DNA of 64,000 nucleotides from Eledone cirrhosa (Eukaryota): NCBI GenBank assembly GCA_964016885.1, contig OZ024756.1, positions 33,542,001 to 33,606,000 of the forward strand, read 5' to 3'. Shown piece by piece: positions 28,846 to 43,892 of this stretch (position 1 is its first letter; each line of letters starts with the position of its first letter). The notes under the pieces were generated by a model. It saw only the letters and a program-made list of their open reading frames with translations, ran no database searches and was not told where the DNA came from. The position numbers and the translations under genes were made by a program.

Positions 28846-29773
28846 TCCCTTTCATATATATAATGCAGGCTTGTGCTGTTTTCCTATCTATCAACTGTTT
28901 AGAAATTCCTGGGCAGTTGTAGGTGTCATATGCCCCAGTTCCCTAGCAGTGGAACTGAACCAGGAAATACATGATTGAGATGCAAACTCTTTAACAGTAC
29001 TAACAAATCAGTATATATTGTTTAATTTGATCGTAGACTGCGTTATTTTCACGAACATTTCTCTTATAACAACATAATGTTCGTACAGGTTGTTCAGCTC
29101 TATAAATTATTTGCTAAATGTGTGCGTTTTCTTCATCTTTAGTCTAGAATCACTTGATTGAGGCATTACTCTTTGTCTTACCGATAGAATCTGAAGTTTC
29201 TCTGCTAAAACGTCTTAGAATTCGATAAGAAATTCATAACTCTGAACGACGATGTAATTATTCCTGCTAGGAAATCTTATACGTACTTAAAAATTCATTT
29301 TGTATGATGACAGAAAGCTATAAAGTACTCTTTGCTAACATTAACTAGCATTAAATCCAAGCATCCTATTCGATGGGATTATTCATTATGGAGAAGCTAT
29401 GAAATATATTTAACATTGCAGTTACGTAGTTTTTCCAATACAACATACCAGATTGGTTAATGTGTTGGCTTTGCAATCATTAGGTACAAATTTACATCTA
29501 CAACGCCGACATATTAAGTTCGTACGTTTAGTTAGCGCCGATGACATATTTGAGCTGCTCTATAGCTCTGATATCTCTTATTGAGAAAGTCATTGAGACC
29601 AACCGAACTAAAGGAAATATTATACCTATGGCTTCGGTAACTTTATATATATATATATATAACAAAGAGGGTAGCTTGGTTCGGGTCTAACTGTTTAAAC
29701 GGCCGGAGCTCAGCCGTCGGAGTCCTGACTCTTTTTCTATACACACACACACACACACCCACACCCACACACA

Positions 29774-29831
<58 letters not shown>

Positions 29832-30487
29832 AAAATAGTCAGGATCCTGACGGCTGAGCTCCGCCCGTTCCGAGAGCTAGATCCGAACTACATATATATG
29901 GTCCACCTTGTTCCTTACCACACTTTCTTCATATATATATATGTGTGTGTGTGCGTATGTGTGTGAGTGTGTGCGTGCGTGTGTGTGTGTTTTGTGTGTG
30001 TGTGTTTAATGTATTTATCTTTGGGAGTCTGCGTTTGTAATTAAGAGTATGAAGCAATATTGATTACATCGCTGAATAGTGCGTAAAACCCGTAGCCTTT
30101 TCCACTATTTAGTTTGGGTAGATAAGTAATTATATTGGAAGATTCTCGGAGGCAATACATTAACTATTCTTCTCTATAGTAGTGTGACTAATATAAACAA
30201 TAATTCGTAATGTTAAATATATTTCTGAAAATGAAAATATAAATGAAATTTACAGTAAATTCTAACGTATGTACAACGTGTTAATGTGTCAAACATACAT
30301 TTTTCTCATTATGTTTAGGGAAATAAATCCTCTGTAATACGTTCGAACGAAGGATTAATACTGGAGGCAGGTATAAATCGTGTATATGGAGTCACGATTA
30401 ACAAATATAAGGCTCTAATTCATTAAATTACGAATCATGTCAGCTTAGTTTCACCGTCGCCGGGAAGGAAAAAAAACCATCTACATG

Positions 30488-30528
<41 letters not shown>

Positions 30529-30572
30529 AGTGTATTTATCTATCGATCTATATATGTATATATATATATATA

Positions 30573-30619
<47 letters not shown>

Positions 30620-30625
30620 CTATTG

Positions 30626-30663
<38 letters not shown>

Positions 30664-30898
30664 AATAAATAGTAATTAAACCAAGGCCTTAGGGGAAAAT
30701 GTATAATATTTTATATTTTATCATTCTTACGTACTCTACAACAACTGTTGAAATATCTATAGCTTGGTGTGATTATAAAAAATACCATTTTTTACGTCAT
30801 CAATATATAGATGCAAATCCATCTAAAAGTATGTTACACAAAAGTTTCTGGTTAGATTTTTCTCATATTTGTATGGCCCCATAATATATACACCACCA

Positions 30899-31117
30899 CA
30901 GGGTAGGCCAGAATTTATGACTCACTTGATTAATTATAGACCTATTAACAGAAACAAATAAAACAAATTAAGGAATATAATACTATATACAGGCAGAAGA
31001 TCATGAACAAGATACGATAAGCACACAAATGTACACATTTAATACAATAACAATAACAAAAATAAGCATATTAAGAAATATAACTAACAAGCGAGTCATG
31101 AATTCTGGTCCATCCTG
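30899..31117. mobile_element. Tc1/mariner-type MITE
   Basis: Imperfect 30-bp TIR cagggtaggccagaatttatgactcacttg / caagcgagtcatgaattctggtccatcctg followed by TA. Confidence 0.65.
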
Positions 31118-31414
31118 TATATATCTGTTACTCGTCTCAATTTTACGTAGATTTATACATATTCAGACCTGGCAACCTTTAAAATCCCAAACGGGGAGTA
31201 CCATGAAAAAAAGTATCTCACAACGAGGAGAAATGAGGCATCGATAAAATAACGTAACTGGAGTCAATTTAATTATATTTCTTCAACGCCCCTCCTCCCC
31301 GCAAACTGCTGACATTATGTCTAATTTAAAGACGGTTATGTAATCGTTTGTGTGAAGTATAGTATTTTGTTCGATGTTTTAACCATCCTTCCACTCTATC
31401 ATCCTTCACATTTA

Positions 31415-31509
31415 CCGTATTTCCCGGCGTCGAAAACGCTACCTTTTTCCCTAAAATAAGTCTCAAAAATCTACCATGCGTCCTGGAGGCCGAACGCTGT
31501 TTGCTATTA

Positions 31510-31543
<34 letters not shown>

Positions 31544-31603
31544 GGATGTCACATTTAGGGTGCGTCTTCGAGGGCGAAGCGTTTTCGGCGCCGGGAAATA
31601 GGG
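31415..31603. mobile_element. Tc1/pogo-type MITE
   Basis: TIR CCGTATTTCCCGGCG..GAAAACGC / GCGTTTTCGGCGCCGGGAAATAGGG with TA on both sides. Confidence 0.8.
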
Positions 31604-32005
31604 TAATTATAATTGATTAGAGTTGGGTAAATAACAGGTTTTCTATTACAGTATAAATTGCCGTGGGCTGTTCCATACATGTGAGTAGTATGCGGATTTA
31701 GACACTGCACATCGACATTAGACGGTGATGTTCTACATTTACAAGCACCTATATCTACATCCACACGAGGCCATTTGATCGATAGACAAATCCTCAATCA
31801 CTATCATGCCTCAACCATTTCATCAAGGATGCTTTTATTGCTTGAAGAGAAATGGGGCTGAAGTGTTCTTTGATCTTAGAGAGGAATCCTATTCTCCTAC
31901 AATGTATGTTTGGCAATGTCATATATACCATAGATCATCAGATCCATTATTTTGAAAGCAAGTAGGATTTTTGTTATGCCGTTATTCATCAGGCGTATAC
32001 AGTCC

Positions 32006-32084
<79 letters not shown>

Positions 32085-33154
32085 TGTTGGAAGTGACTAG
32101 GCTTTAATGTCTCTATTATATTCAAGCTAAAGCAATGGTTCAATACGATGATTTTCCCTTTCCTTGCCTATGCTTCTCTGTGAGTAATTTTCATGCTCGT
32201 AAATATTCCAGTTTATGTTTAGAGAAGCGGTTCTTTATATCTTTTCCTCAGCACATAAATAGTTGAGCATAACAATATTAAATGCATTAAAAAACACATT
32301 ATTGTTTATTACCTTGCTAATGCTGTTGACTGACTTTTTTTAAAGTTTGTAGATGAATGCTTAAACATTCTATAAATATGTATTAAGTCTTATTTTGACT
32401 TGCAATATTTACCTGTAATTAACTGTAATGTGGATATAAAATGTTCACAAGCTCTTAGATTAGAGTTAACTGGGAGAAAACGTATTTGATGCATAAATCA
32501 TCAAAATGCTAAAGAAAGATCAAATGTGTATTGCCAGCAGAGTTCTTGTATTATTCTTAGATTTCATTGCCGAAATGTTTCTGATGAAAAGAAAAATGCA
32601 ACTAAATCGCCCTATATGACACCTATCTAGAGAAGGAAGTATTTCATCAGTAAGCGTCAGTGATGACTTACCAAAAAAAAAACGATCTATCATCATCATA
32701 TATATATGTGTGTGTGTGTATGTGTGTAATCTGAGTTTTTCGAATATTAATAATAATATTCGATTCGTTTGCAATTATGCAAACATCCTCTTTTTTTCTT
32801 CCTCATGTGTTTGCATGTATTGTATTCAGCCATGTAGAGCGATCATTTTTTTTTTTTAAATATATATACATATTACAAAGGTAGTACTGGGGTTTCGTGA
32901 ATTATGTTCAAAATCTGAAGTATTTTGTCATTAATAAGATATACACACATTATCATATATACAATCTTTTCTATGTATAAACATTTCTTTCTTTTGATTA
33001 TTATCACAGTACGAGAGCGTGCTGTAACGTTCTTGGTTTTAAGAGTATCGCGAAAGGGTAGAGCTGTTATATATACGGGGGGTGTAGGACCGCTGCAATA
33101 AGTGTGTGAATCTGAGAGGGGAATATGTTGATTAAAATCATAATTAACTTATCC

Positions 33155-33495
33155 TTCTATGATGGCACTTATACTCGCTTGCTTCAGCGACATCTGCCTT
33201 TGAGAGAAATATATGCCGGACTCCCACACATATCTGCCGTTGTACGTAAGAGGAGAGTAAGATTTGCTGGCCACTGCCATCGTACCACCTACGATGCTGT
33301 GTCCCCACTAGTGCTTTGGAAACCACAAACGATCACTAATAACAGGAGGGTGCAAGCTCTCCTACCCTGATGTCATCTCCAGAGATTCTGGTATTGAAAT
33401 CCAGGAGTTGGTAACGGAAATGAACGACGGGCTCACGTGGAGATCAATTGTTGCGTCCATTACGACTGAGGCCGCCGGATGATGATAATGATGAT
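33155..33495 (+). pseudogene. 3' end of an RTE-type LINE
   Basis: DGTYTRLL..IYAGLPHISAVVRKRRVRFAGHCHR..PLVLWKP, frameshift, YPDVISRDSG..EMNDGLTWRSIV, then a (GAT)n tail. Confidence 0.8.
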
Positions 33496-33899
33496 ATTTA
33501 CTTTTACCCAAATCCAGGAACTTTTCAGCGCCCCCTGGAAGCGAACTAAGACTAGCGCAGGATAGGGGTGGGGTTGATTGTGGGAACATTCACTGAAATA
33601 GAAGTGTTGAGAGACGGGAACCAACGAATGAGATTATATATATATTTGTCATAGGCATCTGCATTTGGCTTGTACATCACAACAACGCTTCCCGAAATTT
33701 CTTTCTCAATCTCTTACAAATTCTCTTATGATTTCCAAGTCTGTCATCTGTAAATATGGAAAGTGCTATTCCATACTCTATTTTATAATCTACCATCAAT
33801 AAATTGAAATATTTTTCCATTAAACAAATGTGTTCTATAATCTATTAAACATTATCGTAATAAATGTTTCTTGTATATTGGACATTTCCGTTTATGTCC

Positions 33900-33951
33900 T
33901 TAAAACATGCTTGGATAATTGCCGCGAGGTTTTAAAAGTATGGGAAAACAT
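33900..33951 (-). CDS. Candidate alternative terminal exon (CFPILLKPRGNYPSMF*)
   Basis: Strong acceptor ttcctctttctccag, phase 2, compatible with 35860-35913. Confidence 0.3.
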
Positions 33952-35859
33952 CTGGAGAAAGAGGAATTTAATAAGTAATATCATAAAATATAATTATATT
34001 AAAAGTTATTTAAGTTTTAAGTTGCTTGTGTCGGCGTTGGATTTTTATTTTTTAATAATGTTAAATCAGATTTTAATGTTTGAGAGGAACTTTGTTCGAA
34101 ATTGATTTTTGTAAAAACTTAATATTTTTCAGTATATTACCCTCTTTGAAGACATTTGAAGAATATTAGTTAAATGAGAAATTTATTTGATTTTGTTGTT
34201 TCTGTTATTGTTTTTTTTTTAAGTCAGCTAAACCAGTGGCAGCCCAAGATAAGTCAGTCCTACGCTGACCATCCTTTCTCATATTATTTACATGACATTT
34301 ATGTCGGACTGCGTTATAGAATGTGGGCATCTTTTTGATTTGATCGCAGTGGGATGTGATATGAGGTAGAATTGGTTATTCTTCCTAGCACACTCCAGAG
34401 TCCCTTATTGTTTTGGGGGGTTTTTTGTTGGTTTTTTTCTGCTGTTGTTGTTGCTACTGTAGTTGTTATTTCTATTACTGTTGTTCTTGTTGCTCTTTTG
34501 GTCGTCGTAGTTGGTAATGTTTATCTCCAAAACATCACTGATGATTAAAATTCCATAAGCCGTTCTGGTATTGACATTCCTGTCTCGTATTTACATCAAT
34601 TAATGGATTTTACACTATATATGGTTGATGTAAATCTAAATCAGAAAACAACGGTGCTAAACCAGTTCTTCCAAACAAAACTGCCCTAACTATGTCAAAG
34701 TCACGTAGATATCCCTTTGTTGTGTGAATTGAAACACTGCTTATCACATAGTAAACTTTTAAACAACACCGATATTGTTGATTAAATGTGATTGACAATA
34801 TACAAAAATATATAAATCATTGATTTGCTTTTGTAATTTCCTTCCATTTCCGTATATTGATTTCTAATTTAGGCACAAGAGCAACAAATCTAAGCGAAGG
34901 GCAAAGTTGATATAATCAACCCTAGTACTTGACTGTTACTTTATTTTATCGAACCCAGAAGCATTAAAGGCAAATGTTACCCTTTCCCACCCCGCATTTT
35001 GGCCTCAGATGATAAAGAGCCAGAACAAATGCTACTAAATATTCATTTGATTCGCTAACTATTCTCCCCTTCTATTTCCACATTCTAAAATCCTACAGGA
35101 GCTGATGTCGATTTTCCAATCTCTGCATTCGATAAAATATATAGAATTTACTTTCTTCTGCAATGCATCGATTTACTTGTCTATACGTTTCCGGTGCGAA
35201 GTTGAAGCCTTGCGCCACTATAAGAAATCATTACCAACTTATTCACTGTAACTGAATTTGTCTTGTTCACTTTCGATTATAAACCAGTCTCAACAATTAT
35301 GTATCTTAATTCCCTCTTCACGAACATGTGTTTTCTTTTTTTTTTACAAGTCAGTCTTGAAACGAAGAAAAAAAGAAAGCGAATAGAAATATAGGGCCTA
35401 GGAAACTATGTTTTCATTGGCCTTGATATTTCTGATATTATCTGGTTATTGCAACTACTAATAGAAGGAGGAAGAATTTGAATTCATTGTGCATAGAGCT
35501 GAAGCAGATACAAAGCATTCTGTCAGAATCTTTATCGATTCTGCCAAATTCACCATTAACAATGAGGTAATTTATTTATCAACCTCGAAAGGATTAAAAT
35601 TGAAACTGTCTTCAATGGAATTTAAACTCAGAGCGTAGAGAGACGGAACAAATAAAGAGACATGTTATTTAATATTCTAACTACTATTCATTTTGTTACT
35701 GAAATGTAAAACAAGGCTTCTTCCACTAGGTAATGTAAAGAGACGCATAAATCACTTAATTTCATATCAACACATTCCTTCTGAAGAGTTCTCCCAAATA
35801 ATGTGTTATTTCTTTTATTTATATGTTCATAAACTTTCACTTCTTTGTAAATAACATAC

Positions 35860-35913
35860 GTTTTCATACAACCTCTCCTACAGGACCTGCAAAAATCAGA
35901 TTCACACACCTTC
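35860..35913 (-). CDS. Candidate internal coding exon, Cys-rich (KVCESDFCRSCRRGCMK)
   Basis: Acceptor ttttctctatag, donor gtatgt, 54 nt, phase 2-2, four Cys. Confidence 0.5.
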
Positions 35914-38900
35914 CTATAGAGAAAACTAATAAATTATGCCTTCTAATTTAGGAACACCGTAAGCTATTTGTGGGGAGGGGAAATTATATCGAAACCATTA
36001 TTAACTTTGCCTTTCATCCTTACGGGGTCGATAAAATAAAGTACCAGTAATACACTGGGTAATTGCTAGCCTTGTGCCTAACGTAGAAACAATTATTTTA
36101 CTGATGTTTTCATTTTCCGGAACCCTGGAGGATGAGAGCCAAATTTGAACTCGACAGGATTTTATTCAGGACGTAAGTGACAGTAAGTAAATATCACAAA
36201 TAATTTTGTTTGGCGCTCTAAAGACTCTGTTAGTACACTGTCTTATAAATCTATATACTACAATAAGAAATGTAAATGTGTCTTGCAAAGCTATAAATAC
36301 ATTGTTTATTTTCATGTTTTATTATTTTTCTATTTATCTTTGCAGCATTGTTTATGGCCATTTCAAATCCTGCCTAGGTTGAGCTTTGCCTTTCAACCTT
36401 ATGGGGTCGATAAAATAAAGTACTAGTAACATACTAAGGTCCATTTAATCGACTGTCTCCTCCCCTCAAAGTTGTTGGGCTTTTACCTTCATCCTTATGG
36501 GTTCGATAAAATAAATTACCAATAACGTACTGGGGTCGATTTAATCGACTTTCCCTTCCCCCAAAATTGCTGGCCAGACACCCCTTTTATTATTTATAAC
36601 TTTTTATCATTTTCTTTTATATATATATAATATATTTTTGTTTCTATCATAGACACAAAGTTAGGCATTTAATGGGAGGTCACTTCATTGATACTTTCTT
36701 TCTATCGATTCTGAAGGGATAAAAGACATAGTTGGCCTCCACGGAATTTGAAAGCAGAAAGCGAAATATCAGAAAAAGATAAATCTATAATCCATGTGAC
36801 TGAAAACGAAACAGATGGCGTTGGCGATTAAGTTGACGGGATCAATTGGATAAATTTTAGCAGACTTGGATGTCGCAAAAAAAATTTGTATCCACCAGTG
36901 ATGCATTCTCATAATTGACATCAGTTAATCTTTGTTGAACTGTCCCTGTGCTGGACCAATTTTATTAATAGCATAATAGTTTCTTGTATATATTTGCTTC
37001 AGCCTAGCTAAATTATAAGCAAGATCCGACCGGCCAGTTTATGCAGTCAGAATTCAGAAGAAAGAATTTATATGCTAACAAGTAGTTTATTTCTGTGCAA
37101 TATAATGTACTAAGCCAAGTTTATATATATACAACCATATATATATGTGTGTGTGTGTGTGTGTGTATGAAGTGTAGAAATTTCCTATCTAATCTTTAGA
37201 ATAGAAAGGCGAAATAAATCAAAAGAATTCTTTCATCTGCAAGAAGTATTGCGCAGATATTGAAAATAAAGTTTATAGCTAGGTAGATTAAGTAAAAACG
37301 AAGTTGAAAACGTGAAATAACCTTGCTTTTGCAATTGAACTTTATTTGCAATTTTGCTATTGCGGTATCTTTGTGGCACAATATAATTGACTTCAACATG
37401 GAGCAGAAGATTCAGTAGAAATTTTCTCCGAGTTATTAGGAAGAAAACAATTTATTGCCATTCAATGGGGATGAAAAAGCGATTCTAATTGCTTTCTTTG
37501 TCTTGATTTATTTGACTCACGAAGTAATAGAAGAAATATACCATATTTGGAAATATTTCCGAGGAAACCCAAACGGATCTTATATATAAATAGTTATCAT
37601 AAAATAACCTTTACACTCAACAATAAGTGGATTTAAATTCCTCTGCAAGCGAAAAGTAGATATAATTTCCTTAAACATTTCTTATCAAAACTTGCTATAC
37701 CCATAGCGTTACCTTACAAACCAATATAATTAGAAGAGAGTGTAAATACCAGGTAATTTATTTGAAAATTGTTTTATTTCAGATATATTGTATTGTAGCT
37801 CTTATTGCAATAATGCAATTATTTGAGAATTCTCAATCTTATGGCACCATCAATCATGACGCTTCCGTGCAGTTTAAGGCAAGTTATGATACTGGCAATT
37901 TGGAGGCGGCTCTCTTCCCAATATAAAACAACTACACTCTACTACTATAATTTAAAAGTGTGGTAAAATGAGATCCGTGCTTTGTGAAAGAAGAGAACCT
38001 TGTGCATCGGTTAAAATAGTATTTTAAAAAAAACTATTCATTAAAATTAATATACACTCAATTTCAATCATAGCAAATTTCAGCAGGTATTTTCATACGT
38101 AGATGTGTATCCAGCCGTTGTCATGTATAAATGTGAAAATATATTATCAGAACAGTTTTATTGAATGTATATCTCAATGAAAGTAGGCTCACATTGTATT
38201 TGAAAACGGATATCAGAAAAATCATTAATAATTTTCCATCTAAATTTAGACGCGTGACTAAATTTAATAAGATACGACTGTGTTAATAATTATTAATTTA
38301 AACAAATTTATAGAGGAGGATTAGAGTATTGCAAAACTAATTTTGTTTTGACTTCTAAATTCAATAACCACATTGCATTTTGTATCACAAATTGTACTTT
38401 TTTTATATAGCTGTGTTTGTTGGATGGGTATAATCGATAGAACACGAATTGTAAGGAGTTGTGATGTTGATATCAGTTCAGTTGAATTCTAAGTTCAAAT
38501 CAGACAGTGATCGGTGTGTGTTTCCTTCTTTGCTAATCAATAATAGAAGATTCTCTTGCTGTTTATATCTAGATGGTTTATGATCTAATAAAGGTATGAC
38601 CAAATGTGTTCCAAACTATTGTTTTAATTCATTAAAAGGAGAAATGTATTGGGAGTTAAATTAATATTTAGTTTAATGATCGATTCTCGTAAAGAAACTA
38701 AAAGGCAACAACCATTAAATTGTAATTAAATGAAGATGACATGTGAGTGATATAATTGTTTCTATTTTTGGCACAAGGCCAGCAATTATCCTAGTGTATC
38801 ACTAGTACTTTATTTTATCGGCCCCATAAGGATGAAAGGCAAAGTTAACCTCGGTGGGATTTGAACTCAGAATGACAAGGGCCGTAAGTCTGTGCGTCAA

Positions 38901-40028
38901 AGCATTGAGTTACGGCCCTTCCCATTCTGAGTTCAAATCCCACCGAGGTTAACTTTGCCTTTATAATGAGGACTAAAAATGACTTCGCTGAAAAGGTTTA
39001 ATAATACGAAGCTATTCAAATACGCTACGATTGAATTTGTGTCCTCTTTTACAGTGTTATATACTTATACAGTCGCTTATACAGTCGCCCGTGCTTGCAA
39101 GTGCGTAGATGAGGTCAGAGTTTATCCCGGCGTTTTATGAGTGTTAGGCAATGGCGTATCATGGGTAACCTCAAATATAGCTGGTACTCATTCTTAGCTG
39201 ATTAAAATGGAGCATATGAAATTAAGAGTTATATTAAAGGACATAAAGAGTCGTCACGGCTAGGAATAAAACCAAAGCCCTTGTTATCATTACTTGATTA
39301 GCATAACCCGTAAGTAAGATGCCTCTACGTTGGGTTTGATGTACATAACTAAACGTGAAATGGTGTGTTTCAAGTAGAGTAGCAAGCGTTTTATGACTAT
39401 TGTTCCTTTTTAAAGCGAAGATTAGCCTTGCTGGTGGTATTAAATGCCTCATGCTGGACGTGGTGTTTTTTTTGAGGCAATGTTTCATGGCTGGATGCCC
39501 CTCTGGGGCCAACGTTTATATTCGCCCCTTATGAAACGCAGGGATACAATGAATCTATTCTAAACAGGATACAAACAGCATACATTGATTATTTGAAAGC
39601 AAAGCAGAAATGTATATAGAAAAGCAAAATATATTAAAGTTTTCAAAACGATAATCACCTCTACCCACTACTTCCTGAAACGAAGGATATATAATCACGT
39701 GAAGAAAACTTGAATAACAAAATATTCAAATGTTGCATGCAAAGTTATAACAATTGGGAAGCAAGATGTATATCTTATTCTAAAAATATATAAATAATTT
39801 TTTCTTTCTTTTCAACAACAGAATGACAAACAGAATTTCATGCATGTTTAATGACATCAAGTAGCTGCGATATTAAACACAGCATAGATTCCTTATTGCA
39901 TCTATTGAATTTCTCAAGAATTATTTATCAATAACGCATACCCCGATTTCGAACAAACAATAAATGCTGCAAAACATGACGTTGCGATATTTTCCAGTAC
40001 ACTTTGATAATATTTGTTTGTGAATTCT

Positions 40029-40078
<50 letters not shown>

Positions 40079-40118
40079 TATATATATGTATGTGTATACA
40101 TGTATGTATATATATGTA

Positions 40119-40180
<62 letters not shown>

Positions 40181-40212
40181 ATACATATACATATATATAT
40201 ATACATATGTGT

Positions 40213-40275
<63 letters not shown>

Positions 40276-40295
40276 TATGCATATGTGTATACATG

Positions 40296-40349
<54 letters not shown>

Positions 40350-40479
40350 CATATATGCATATATATGTATGTATATATGCATATATATATGTATATATAT
40401 GTATGCATATATATATGTATACATATATGGATGCATATACATATATGTAAACATATATATATATATATGTGTGTGTGTC

Positions 40480-40513
<34 letters not shown>

Positions 40514-40991
40514 GGTATATATATGTATATAAATGTATGCGTGTATATATATATGTGTGTGTGTGTGTAATGTAGGAGGGTATTTATAAATATATATTCA
40601 TATATTCATATATATATATATATACTTGTGTGTGTACGTTTCAGTGTATGTGTGTATATTCGTATACAATTATATCTCTAAATATATAAATTTGATGATT
40701 TTGTATCATAGCTAAAGAATTCTTATGCATTATGAAAATTTGATTGAATCAAAGTTTGTTTTCATGGCAAAGATTGCAACACAAGATTGCAAATTGATTA
40801 AAATTCACAAAGAAATTTGTAATACAGAAATAGATCTGACATTATGTTTATATGGAAATGCACAAACACACACATTACATATGAATATATAAATATATGT
40901 ATACATGTGCATATTCACACATACACATATATATATATTTATATATATACATATATTTCCGTGAGTGGATATATATACGTATATATATATA

Positions 40992-41046
<55 letters not shown>

Positions 41047-41242
41047 ATAATAATAAAAGACTAAAATCCAAAGAGGGCTCGATAAGGATAAGATCCCGTT
41101 AAGGGTGAAAGCAGCGATTCTTTGCTTGAACTTTAATCTGTTATTTTAATAAATATATATATAAATGTATATATATATATATGTATATATACATATATAT
41201 ATAGGTATGTAGATATACATATATAAATAAATATATATACAC

Positions 41243-41273
<31 letters not shown>

Positions 41274-41435
41274 GATATATATAATTAAGGGTAGATTCCC
41301 GATGGGTAATTTAGGAATTGACCCGAGTTAAAAAAAAAAAAAGAAATCAACTCGTTGGTAAATTATAAACATTTTAATTTATATCGAAGCGCCTATTACA
41401 TTTGTGTTAACTTATTATGTATGCAACATTTCTAA

Positions 41436-41502
<67 letters not shown>

Positions 41503-41550
41503 ATAAAATGACAGGAGGCTGGACTTGTGTAAATCCTTGAAAGGTTTATT

Positions 41551-41608
41551 ATACTATGATCATTTCAATGACCGGGTTCCGTATGAATCCGGTGATATCA
41601 TCAGGTAT
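41551..41608 (-). ncRNA. Minimal type I hammerhead motif
   Basis: Minus strand atac-CTGATGA-tatc-accggattc-atacg-gaacccggt-catt-GAAA-TGATCA (palindrome)-TA-gtat. Confidence 0.72.
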
Positions 41609-42735
41609 TCGAAATATAATAAATGAATGTAATAGATAAAATCCATGGGGCTGAAAATCATACACCGGAGGACGACCGACCATCTAGCATCTTCCACCTT
41701 AGCCTGTCGCCCTCAAGTGCTGGCTATTCGGTCTACTTGAGGCTATCTGGTGAGATGGCTAAAGCTTATAGTGTGCTACTAAACTACCTGTCAAATAGAA
41801 GAAAACAGAAAGGAAGAGGAAGCTAAGCCAGCGTTAATATCATGCTACAAGAAAAAAGACAGAAAGAAAGAGGAAGAAAAGGAAGAAGAAGAAAAGTCAG
41901 CGTTAATGTCAAGCGTCAAGAAGAAAGACAGAAAGAAAGAGGAAGAAAAGTCCGTACTGATGTCAAGCTAAGGTCAGGCCAGGAATGCCGCGAAAAAAAA
42001 TTTATTCTAAAGGACACGTATCTTAACATAGGTATATATTATAACAGAGGTAAATGTAGTGGGGGGGGTCTGCATGTTATAATGTGTGAGCAGAAGATTG
42101 GAACGTTTAATTTTTGTTTAGATTTATAGGATGAAGTTATAAAAATTTAAGATTAACATTATAAAATTAAAGAAATTAGAAAATTGGAAATTAAACAGTT
42201 TAAAATTTTAAAAATTTTAAGGTTTTGGGTTGCGAGGTATAGGTAAAGAAAGAGTATTTTATGAAGAAACTTTAATTGTATTATAGAGTAAAGATTATGT
42301 CCTTGTTTAGCAGTCAAACAGCAAGCGGCGACTGCAGACTCCAGCCAGCCCATCCTTACCGCGTGTCAGCCATTCCGAGTGAGATCGCCTAGCGAAAGAT
42401 ATGGAAATCAATTTTTCCAAGCATTCTAGGAATGCATATCAGGCTTCAGGTGTGCTAGTGGGAAGTCAGCCCTCGTCGTTAGGCCAACCTTGTACAAAAC
42501 CAGTACTATTAATTTACCCAGGAGGGGGGTTTGTTTAAGTAGAGGAAGGCATGATACATCTCATAGTTATAATTAGGTCCATATATATATATATATAAGT
42601 TTATCCTGGGTTCAATCGGGGGTAACCACAGTAAGTAAGGTACATAGCAGAATATAAACATTTAATATAGAAATGGCTTCTATAATGAAACAGTTCTAGT
42701 CCTGTAGAAGCCATTACTATGTTAGATATATATAG

Positions 42736-42836
<101 letters not shown>

Positions 42837-42964
42837 ACGAAGGAATTGTGGTAAGGAACCAGATGGACCATAACGCACCAGAGTACTCAATACGTAGGGT
42901 AGTAGAGTGGGTAATAGGAAAACGTATGACCCCGACGGTAGAATTAGAAATGTTTCACAAACCA

Positions 42965-43020
<56 letters not shown>

Positions 43021-43413
43021 TGGTTTGTGTACCTGTATGTATTTGTCCATTTGCGTGTGCGTATGTGTGTAAGTGTAAGTGTTTGTGTGTGTTATATCTT
43101 GCACAAGAACACACAACGTTTCCCATCCCCTCTCCAAGAACCCAACTGACGAACTAATAACCTGGACCAAATCACCCTAAACACTAGAACACGTTCAATA
43201 ATATATATGATATTGTTAATGCCTTTAAGGAATATGATATAATTAAAGGAGACACGTTTAAAATGAAAAACAGAAGGAAAACATCGCCTCAGTAAAGGAT
43301 TACAATGAATTATAACTGAAATAAGAATAAATGTTGGCGAATAATTTAGATAAAATGTGTTTAATATCAAAACAGACGTGAGAGCATCTGACAGAGAATA
43401 ATAAATATCTTAC

Positions 43414-43480
43414 CTTATTTTAAATACGCCATATATGACAGATATTTTTACATCAACAGATGTTGCTTCTGTTTCATCTA
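43414..43480 (-). CDS. Candidate internal exon (DETEATSVDVKISVIYGVFKI)
   Basis: Acceptor ttttaaatgcag after a pyrimidine-rich tract, donor AAG|gtaaga, phase 1-2, compatible with 35860-35913. Confidence 0.4.
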
Positions 43481-43575
43481 CTGCATTTAAAATATCAGGA
43501 AATGGGAATGCCGATAATGTGTCAGATAATGTAAAGAAAAAATTGTCTTCAATTTATACTAGAACTAACAATAAT

Positions 43576-43747
43576 TGTTTCTACTTTAGGCACAAGGCCA
43601 GCAATTACCCAGTGCATTACTGGTACTTTATTTTATCGACCCCGTAAGGATGAAAGGCAAAGTCAACCTCGGCGGGATTTGAACTCAGATCGTAAAGGGA
43701 CGTAACTATGCTGGAAAGCATGGCGTCCGACCCTCTACCGATACTGC
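43576..43747 (-). mobile_element. Family-1 SINE with 14-bp TSD
   Basis: TSD gaactaacaataat at 43562-43575 and 43748-43761; near-identical to the copy at 26410-26590. Confidence 0.88.
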
Positions 43748-43805
43748 GAACTAACAATAATATTAAACTGTGAGGCTGATGATGTTATCATTTTTCTATT
43801 TTTAC

Positions 43806-43892
43806 GTTTTCTGGTTTCAGTCATTATACACCGTACATGCTGGGGCACAGTGTGAAAGAGATATAATCGATCTTTTCGGGACAGACAATAAC
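43806..43892 (-). CDS. Candidate internal exon (YCLSRKDRLYLFHTVPQHVRCIMTETRK)
   Basis: Acceptor ccatattttatag, weak donor gtaaaa, phase 1-1, open frame. Confidence 0.3.

Noticed and set aside
31555-31797. Cys-containing minus ORF (VDVDIGACKCRTS)
   Set aside because: No usable acceptor after the upstream stops, and it runs into a MITE; no family recognised.
34610-34798. ORF with QQYRCC, loosely like the VEYKCC exon
   Set aside because: No splice acceptor at its start, and the similarity is too short to be significant.
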